A DNA stretch of 63,877 bases, filler included, from Octopus bimaculoides (Eukaryota): assembly GCF_001194135.2 (NCBI RefSeq). It is 5 parts of 5 records of this genome, joined end to end, with 100 filler letters (N's around TTAATTAATTAA, not from the genome) between each part and the next. Parts side by side here need not be neighbours in the genome. Positions count along the whole stretch, not along the records: positions 54,515 to 63,877 come from NC_069004.1; 4 more parts are not named here. One strand, 5' to 3'. How positions within the stretch are numbered: the first letter of the stretch is position 1; each line of letters begins with the position of its first letter. The notes beneath the pieces were generated by a model. The model ran no database searches, was not told where the DNA came from, and saw only the letters and a program-made list of their open reading frames with translations. Below are positions 60,894 through 63,877 of the stretch, piece after piece. The translations under genes were made by a program, and so were the position numbers.

Positions 60894-61303
60894 ANNNNNN
60901 NNNNNNNNNNNNNNNNNNNNNNNNNNNNNNNNNNNNNNNNNNNNNNNNNNNNNNNNNNNNNNNNNNNNNNNNNNNNNNNNNNNNNNNNNNNNNNNNNNNN
61001 NNNNNNNNNNNNNNNNNNNNNNNNNNNNNNNNNNNNNNNNNNNNNNNNNNNNNNNNNNNNNNNNNNNNNNNNNNNNNNNNNNNNNNNNNNNNNNNNNNNN
61101 NNNNNNNNNNNNNNNNNNNNNNNNNNNNNNNNNNNNNNNNNNNNNNNNNNNNNNNNNNNNNNNNNNNNNNNNNNNNNNNNNNNNNNNNNNNNNNNNNNNN
61201 NNNNNNNNNNNNNNNNNNNNNNNNNNNNNNNNNNNNNNNNNNNNNNNNNNNNNNNNNNNNNNNNNNNNNNNNNNNNNNNNNNNNNNNNNNNNNNNNNNNN
61301 NNN

Positions 61304-61337
<34 letters not shown>

Positions 61338-62136
61338 CGTATATATATATATACATATATATATATGTCTGTAAGTACATATTTATATGTATATACGTAT
61401 ATATGTATATATGCATGTACGTATGTATATATGTATGTATGTATGTATGTATGCATGTATGCATGTATGTATGTATGTATGTGCTTAAATGCATAAATAT
61501 GAAAAATATATTGGGACCAGATATGGTTCTGTGTTGACTAAGCTTGTTTTGGCAAAGATACAACACTTTTGGCAAATAACCTTTAGCATAGCCTCGGGAG
61601 GACAAAGAGGTCTGAGTAGAATTTACAAGTTGGAAAATAATCTTGAAGGGAACATCGGTGCGTCGGACAAAAACCCACCACATGGTACTTGGCTCCGAAA
61701 AAGTTGGTCCTATTTACTCTTTTGCACGACAGATGAATATGAATCAGCCTCGGTAGACAAGTGAAGAGGGAATAGATAAAAAAGTTTGATGACGTTGGCA
61801 AAATATGGCTGCCGTATAAAGTTTAGATGAATACCTGTGTGTTTGTGATTACATCGTATTTCTGTTTGTATGTGTGTGTGTATAAATAGATATATGTTTG
61901 CATGTGTGTGTGTATATATAGATATAGATGTACATAGATAGATAGACATATATCTATCTATATATATATACAAACATGCATAGAGATGTGTATAAACGTA
62001 GATATATATATTGGTACATATATNNNNNNNNNNGTGTGTGTGTGTGTGTGTGTATATGTATGTATGTACAGATATATATACACATAAAATTATCTATGCA
62101 TATATGTGTGTGTTAAGCATATACATACATGAATAT

Positions 62137-62197
<61 letters not shown>

Positions 62198-62203
62198 CAG
62201 TAG
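62137..62203. repeat. (GTA)n microsatellite
   Basis: Directly visible. Confidence 0.97.
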
Positions 62204-62393
62204 TATTTGCACTTTCTTCGTGAGTGGTGGTCTGGTAATTTAGTTGACGGTTGTGAGAATATACACGATTGACACGCAGAACGAAACAAATATTAATACT
62301 ATTAATATGCATAAACACGTGTTGGTATGCATCCCTATACACACACGCATGCACGGTCACTCACACCCAGACAAACATTCACACACGCACACG

Positions 62394-62430
<37 letters not shown>

Positions 62431-62491
62431 ATGTGTGCGTATGTATACATACATATTTATATATATATAGATATACATATATATATATATA

Positions 62492-62528
<37 letters not shown>

Positions 62529-62964
62529 ATTGTCGTGTTTGTACGTGTATATGGATAAGCACGCATATACATACATATATACATACATGCATAGACGATC
62601 TTACGTTAATGCATACATATATATACACAGGCACAGCAACCATAAGCTTTTCGTCGCTAATTGGCTAATTTAAATCTATCAATAACTGCACGTGTCCCGT
62701 CTCACACACGCATACATACGCACGCGCGCACACACACACACAGACACACACACACGCGCACACAAAAGCACACACAAAAACACACACAAGCACATCCATA
62801 TATTCACACATCTGTGCAGAAGCTCCTAGCGAAACCTACCACTTTTCCTGATCAGGGCATTTTAGGGCCGAAATAAAAGCAAATATAAACAGCCTTAAAC
62901 GTTGATTTCGCTTACGCGTTTCTCTTCATTTTCCCTATTTCTAATTGAAAATACCCGAATATGT

Positions 62965-63347
62965 GTGGCACTCCGTCGGTTACGACGACGAGGGTTCCAG
63001 TTGTTCCGATCAGCGGAACAGCCTACTCGTGAAATTAACGTGCAAGTGGCTGAGCACTCCACAGTCACTCGTGTACCCTTAACATAGTTCTCGGGGGAAG
63101 ATTCAGCGTGACGTACAGTGCGACAAGGCTGACCCTTTGAATTACAGGTACAACAGAAACAGGAAGAAAGAGTGAGAGAAAGTTGTGGTGAAAGACTGCA
63201 GCTGGGTTCGCAACCACCCATGCTGGAGCTTCGTGGTGCTTTAGGTGTTTTCGCTCAATAAACACTCACAGCGCCCGGTCTGGGAATGGAAACCGTGATC
63301 CCACGACCGCGAGTCCGCTGCCCTAACCACTGGGTCATTGCGCCTCC
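62965..63347 (-). mobile_element. tRNA-head SINE, family D variant, full length
   Basis: The reverse strand reads GGAGGCGCAATGACCCAGTGGTTAGGGCAGCGGACTCGCGGTCGTGGGATCACGGTTTCCATTCCCAG (tRNA-like) ..CACGTTAATTTCACGAGTAGGCTGTTCCGCTGATCGGAACAACTGGAACCCTCGTCGTCGTAACCGACGGAGTGCCAC. Confidence 0.88.
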
Positions 63348-63846
63348 AGCTCCGAACATACATCAACACAATCAAGAAATATGTTTTGATTAACGCTTCC
63401 AATTCAATTTTGGTTTGACACTGCGATCGAATGTCCTGATGTGGTTCCGAACAAAATTTTTAAAAGGCTTCGACTTTTACAGGTGCTGGATCCAGAAACA
63501 ATATGTCAAATGCAGTTCTCCGCAGGGAATGAGACGACCGGACGCAGCTGTTTGGACTTTCATGATTTGGCGCGGCTGACTAAACATTCAACCTGGTTTG
63601 GCAACAGCACTTTTTGAAACTGGAAGCAGACATACAGAGACATGCATGCACACATACACGCACACGTAAACAGGGTTCACTGACCTGTATATGTCTGTAT
63701 TGTGGGTGGCGGATTTGTTCTTTGTGGAGAGTGGTTCTTCAACGGAGTGACGTTCCTGTTTGGCCAATATAATGATTATCACACCCTAAGCATGTAATGG
63801 CATAGATTAGATGTTAAAAAATCGAGAGTATTTTATATATATACAT

Positions 63847-63877
<31 letters not shown>

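Noticed and set aside
63270-63347. tRNA-like sequences (also the heads of the other SINEs)
   Set aside because: They are A/B-box SINE heads continuous with SINE bodies, with no complete cloverleaf or acceptor stem.

Overview
This is a eukaryotic, AT-rich, microsatellite- and transposon-dense draft scaffold. The SINE families and repeat style point to a coleoid cephalopod, probably Octopus (inference). There is no prokaryotic operon, rRNA, true tRNA or CRISPR array, and almost every ORF in the supplied track is a microsatellite or N-gap artefact. Host genes: (1) a + strand class A GPCR of the melatonin-receptor-like type, in three phase-compatible exons (6835-6925, 7757-8175, 13195-13536); its N-terminus/TM1 exon was not found. 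(2) A probable - strand gene whose first coding exon (45018-45295) lies downstream of a perfect CRE and a TATA-like box, with a phase-compatible candidate second exon at 20529-20626; this gene may enclose the GPCR in an intron. The rest is a layered TE record: several tRNA-head SINE families; RTE, CR1-like, Tx1, R4/Dong and Penelope retroelement relics; four mariner-type relics or MITEs; two hAT elements; and a Merlin relic. The most unusual items are several foldback elements: a 280-bp palindrome containing a hammerhead-ribozyme-like fold, a 580-bp palindrome centred on inverted telomeric repeats with a 6-bp TSD, and a 700-900-bp GG-ended foldback family with perfect 8-bp TSDs. All alignments and translations were done by eye.
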